This document shows positions 60,810 through 64,000 of a stretch of DNA of 64,000 bases, piece after piece. How positions within the stretch are numbered: the stretch's first letter is position 1; each line of letters begins with the position of its first letter. Under the pieces are notes generated by a model. It saw only the letters and a list, made by a program, of their open reading frames with translations. It did no database searches and was not told where the DNA came from. Location: NCBI RefSeq assembly GCF_964355755.1, contig NC_092673.1:31555648-31619647 (forward strand), read 5' to 3'. This DNA is from Antedon mediterranea (taxonomy: Eukaryota > Animalia > Echinodermata). The translations under genes and the position numbers were made by a program.

Positions 60810-63167
60810 TACCAACTATAATGTGGCAGTTGGGAATTTACTGTAGAAATCAAATCTTGAAAAACAGTAATGCACTTGTCAATTGTATGACGCACTATAC
60901 GACCCCCGGGAGAGGTGCGTCATTTGTCCGATGTGAGTCATACCTTAGTATACCATGACGCACCCCTGCGTCAAAAAAGTGACTTACCTTTACTAGACAA
61001 TGACGCACCTATTTTTAAATTAGTGACGGACCTTTTAGTGAATTATGACGCACCATGACTGTCCTTTTGACGTACCTTCACTGACGACTTGTTGGACCCG
61101 ACTACTGGCCGGCAGCGCGCATGCAGTGTGATATATCGAAAATCTCAAACTAATACGCGCGTTGTTTGAGATTACGCGTCGGCGCGCGTCTGGTGCTTTA
61201 TGGAAGCGCCAGGGTCGATCATCAGGCTATCCATCTAGGGACGTTCTCGCGGCAAACACAAAGAGCGGCAGATATATTTTATGTTTGAACCTGATTTTTC
61301 TAACAATTCACAAATTGTAAGTATTTTTTTTTTACAAGGTAAATGCTTTTCTAGTAGATAGTAATATATGTTAGGTATGGTCTGTTACAAAAATATTAAT
61401 AATACTGATTAGGCGTATAAAACACATGGATAGGCCTAGCCAAGCTAGGTCAATTCAATTCAATTCAATTCAATAAACTTTATTGAATGGCTTGAAACTT
61501 TGGCTGAAAGTACACACATTAAAATTGTCTAAAAACATTGTCGCACAAACAGTAATAAAAAGTATAAAATCACATAAAACTGAGAAAAAGATGTTATATA
61601 AAAATAGTCGAACCTAGCTAGTAGGTAGGCCTATGAATGATCTAGGCCTATAGGCCTATATGGGCGGGGCGGGGCGCGAGGAATGTGTGTGGGGCCGGCC
61701 GAGGATGCGTGACCAACTGTTGATTCTCCCGAGGTCCAGAGGTAGGCCTAGGGCCTATACAGTACCTGTACTAGGCTGCATAATATATAATATAGTAGTA
61801 GGCCTATATCATATCAGGTTAGATTAACTTTTAATAATACCATTGAAACTAAAGGACGTCGTGGAGAAAATATTTTAATTTATTTCTTGCCTATTACGGT
61901 CGTAGGCCTATATTTAATATTGCACTATCAATCATCCAACAAGCGGTGGCTTTAAATATACTCACTATCGTTGTAAATTGCACAAGGAGACTTAGTCTGG
62001 GCTCCAGACGGAGTTTTGTCTTAATATTAGTAAAAATATAAATATTTTTGCACATATGGCGTTTCATACGTCTATTACTTGAGTTTGGATATTTTCAGAC
62101 AAAAATCGCGGTCGAAATAAAAACAAATAAATCAAAAAAGACAATAAATACAGACTTGGGGCAAGTCGAGACTTTGAAGTTTCCTAACTAAACGCGCTAT
62201 GCCTTGGAAACATCAAAGAGAAAAGCTGGCGTGGTGAATTATTTCAATACAACCAAGATATTCACACACACCCACACGTACACACCAGGTCATTGAACTC
62301 TTTCGATGCTAATAACACTATGCTACGTATTCTACATGCATCCCTCTCTACTCGAGTAAATATTTTAAAACAAAACCAGACAAGAAGTATTCTATGACAA
62401 CATTTAGTCTCTCAATTCATTAGCAAATATGTTATGTATTTTTATTCAATTAATTTATTGAAAAGCTAATAATCTGCATGTTAATTTATGCTTTATAAAA
62501 TGTTGTTTATCCTAAAAGCAAATGGAACAATGCTCAATTCACGTTAAAAATACTAATTTACAAATAAATGATAACTAAATAAATTGCAATTTTTGTTGTA
62601 AATCACAACACAATATGTATCAATGCTTCTTATTTAAGCAAGAATCAAATTATTTTTAATGTAGCAGTATTTAATATTTTATTACGCTAAAATATTCACA
62701 GCTGACATTTCATTGTAGTAGTCATAGTCGTAGCCTTCCACAACATCAATAGAATCAATTTTCAGTTTATTCTGGGAACCCATTTTCATACATGCTTGTT
62801 TCTATTATTCTGTGACGTATTAAAAAAACAAAACAAAATAATTATTCAACAATAGATAAAAACATAAGATGAAAAACAAGACGAACTCCCGTATGATATG
62901 GTATGATCAATTTGTTTGCCCAGTGAGAATTTAGGGACCGATCTTTATAATACATTGTTTATTTATGTATCAACCTCATTTTGTGAGATGATCCCCAAAT
63001 TCTCCCGCACTTGCTCTAAGTCTGAATCTATTGTCTTGATTATTAAGTGTCGGCGTTTCTATTTTGTATTAAAGTTTTATACATATGAAACGCCAAATAT
63101 GCCAAATGATTTATCTTTTTGTTAATATTAATTCGAAACAGGGTCTAGACTCTAGAACCTAGACTAG

Positions 63168-64000
63168 TTTTTTTATTTATTTTTATTTATTTTTTTATTA
63201 AGGTATAAAAACATCAAATTCCAACCAGCAGCAAGAGCTGAAAAGGTTGGATTACAATCAACTGAGAAATAAAATACATCAAAGAAGATCTAAACTAAAC
63301 ATTAAACTTAAAGGATTCGTGCTAAGTGTGGAATAGTAGACCGCCTATATCTTTCAGTGCGACATCTGCAAGAATCCAACTTTGAACTAGTATTGCTCCT
63401 TAACGATCTTGAATGCCTATCAGATTTATATGCTGGTAACATATTTCTAAATTTGGTAGATTCTAAAAGACTCTTGCCAAACTTGAGAAGAATCTGTTCT
63501 CTACGGGACTTTAAAGAAGGCAAACCTACTTGCTCTAAGGCTAATTCATAGTTAACATAATGTGGGCTCAAAATTATGCGCAAAGCCCGTTTTTGAATTT
63601 TTTCTATTAAATTAGATTGCTGAACAGTTAATGATGAATGCCAAACCTGGCAGGCATATTCCAGCACAGGTCTGATATATGATGTAAATACTGTAACCAG
63701 GTCACTGACTGGTGCACTAGACCTTTTCAGGATACATAGTGAAAATAGTCTACGTGAGGCTCTTGATGTTATATCATTAACATTTGAACCCCATTTGAGG
63801 TCATTTTGGATTATTACACCAAGCAGTTTTAACTTACTAACTATTGGAAGATTAAAGTTATCAATAGTGTAAACTAAATTAAGCTGCCGTTGCTTTAAAA
63901 AGTTAAATTCAATTACTTGGCATTTAGCTGGTTTTGGTAGAACATCATTAGATGCACACCACCCACTGACACTATTAAGGACACTTTGTAAGTTAGAGGA
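63168..64000 (-). mobile_element. CR1/L2-clade LINE 3' part (RT C-terminus and tail), continues off right edge
   Basis: VKLLGVIIQNDLKW, YIRPVLEYACQVWH, IEKIQKRALRII, RCRTERYRRSTIP; (AATAA)n tail at ~63168-63200. Confidence 0.85.

Noticed and set aside
62680-63110. Coding-like minus-strand stretches (RRHLIIKTIDSDLEQVRENLG...; MGSQNKLKIDSIDVVEGYDY) as possible upstream VARS1 exons
   Set aside because: In-frame stops, no ValRS or GST-like similarity that I recognise, and no clean splice sites.

Overview
AT-rich, intron-rich animal genomic DNA. The repeat and gene content suggests an invertebrate deuterostome, possibly an echinoderm, but that is inference. Two housekeeping aminoacyl-tRNA synthetase genes on the minus strand bracket the window. 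Mitochondrial-type alanyl-tRNA synthetase (AARS2-like) has 15 coding exons at 355-8511 and runs off the left edge. Cytoplasmic valyl-tRNA synthetase (VARS1-like) has 21 coding exons at 42345-59793, with its 5' exons not found. The ~34 kb between them is a fast-evolving island. It holds a two-exon gene for a secreted, cationic, stand-alone anaphylatoxin-like (CC-C-C-CC) protein plus two decayed paralog fragments. It also holds a frameshifted gene with four putative death-effector domains joined by micro-exons, a 3.5 kb segmental duplication, and many nested LINEs, MITEs, SINEs and minisatellites. Comparing duplicated copies within the window shows TA sites converted to TAGGCCTA and TACAGTA, which look like transposon excision footprints. 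All calls were made by eye from the sequence and the ORF track; no database searches were run.
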